A stretch of 64,000 nucleotides of DNA from the sequence record OQ708376.1, one strand, 5' to 3'. The first letter of the stretch is position 1; every line of letters starts with the position of its first letter. Below the pieces are notes generated by a model, which was not told the origin of the DNA, searched no databases, and saw nothing but the letters and a program-made list of their open reading frames with translations. Below are positions 63,807 to 64,000 of this stretch, one piece after another. Position numbers and translations under genes: made by a program.

Positions 63807-64000
63807 ATGGCTGCTAATGACGTTAAAGTAAAAACTATCCAAGCTATCGTAGTACTGAAAGATTCTACACCATCCCCTAAAGAATTAGTAATGGCTGGGA
63901 TGACTATGTTACATCAATACAACCCTGAATCACCTAACTATGTTCAAGAATACGAAGCTAAGAAGTTTAAAGAACATTGGCAGTCATGGATTAAAGATAA
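63807..64000 (+). CDS. hypothetical protein, runs off the window end
   Basis: GAGG upstream of ATG 63807; open to the end of the window. Confidence 0.65.
   Translation, partial: MAANDVKVKTIQAIVVLKDSTPSPKELVMAGMTMLHQYNPESPNYVQEYEAKKFKEHWQSWIKD

Larger units (their letters stand above)
182..63856. repeat. dispersed over-represented palindrome AGTACT
   Basis: Hand tally about 165-170 copies against about 22 expected from composition. Confidence 0.9.

Noticed and set aside
1-64000. tRNA or rRNA genes, and stop-codon recoding
   Set aside because: No cloverleaf with a GTTCGA T-loop was noticed in intergenic gaps. Long conserved genes read through in the standard code with normal ends.

Overview
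An AT-rich (roughly one-third GC by eye), gene-dense 64 kb segment of a large lytic myovirus. Gene content and order resemble RaK2/GAP32/121Q-type jumbo phages; this is an inference, not a database match. About 125 CDS lie on the + strand, with one convincing - strand gene. Recognisable functions: RNA repair and translation upkeep (Rnl1-type RNA ligase, PseT-like PNKP, CCA-adding enzyme, RlaP-like nucleotidyltransferase, Pth2-like hydrolase, HPF); DNA ligase; phosphoesterases; three protease-fold proteins; two deaminases; a sirtuin-Nudix cluster; PIN-PhoH; NrdD/NrdG; tail/virion proteins including a GH8-like 929 aa protein; spanins; an HNH nuclease; a Dps-like protein; a LysM-lysozyme; glutaredoxin; and a macrodomain. 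Many short paralogous hypothetical genes fill the rest. No tRNA, rRNA, CRISPR array, integrase or transposase was seen. Signals the gene list does not explain: (1) about 7-8-fold over-representation of the palindrome AGTACT in all reading frames; (2) a promoter-to-terminator unit of ~510 nt at 51.2-51.7 kb that is GC-enriched, hairpin-rich, carries a 30-nt direct repeat and is tiled by tiny Arg-rich ORFs sharing TRKxRPKFE; (3) a near-consensus FNR box at -41.5 ahead of the insulated nrdD operon; (4) an acyl-carrier-protein homologue with Trp in place of the phosphopantetheine Ser; (5) a recurring GGGACA-N16-TATAAT promoter class; (6) two genes split by +1 frameshifts.
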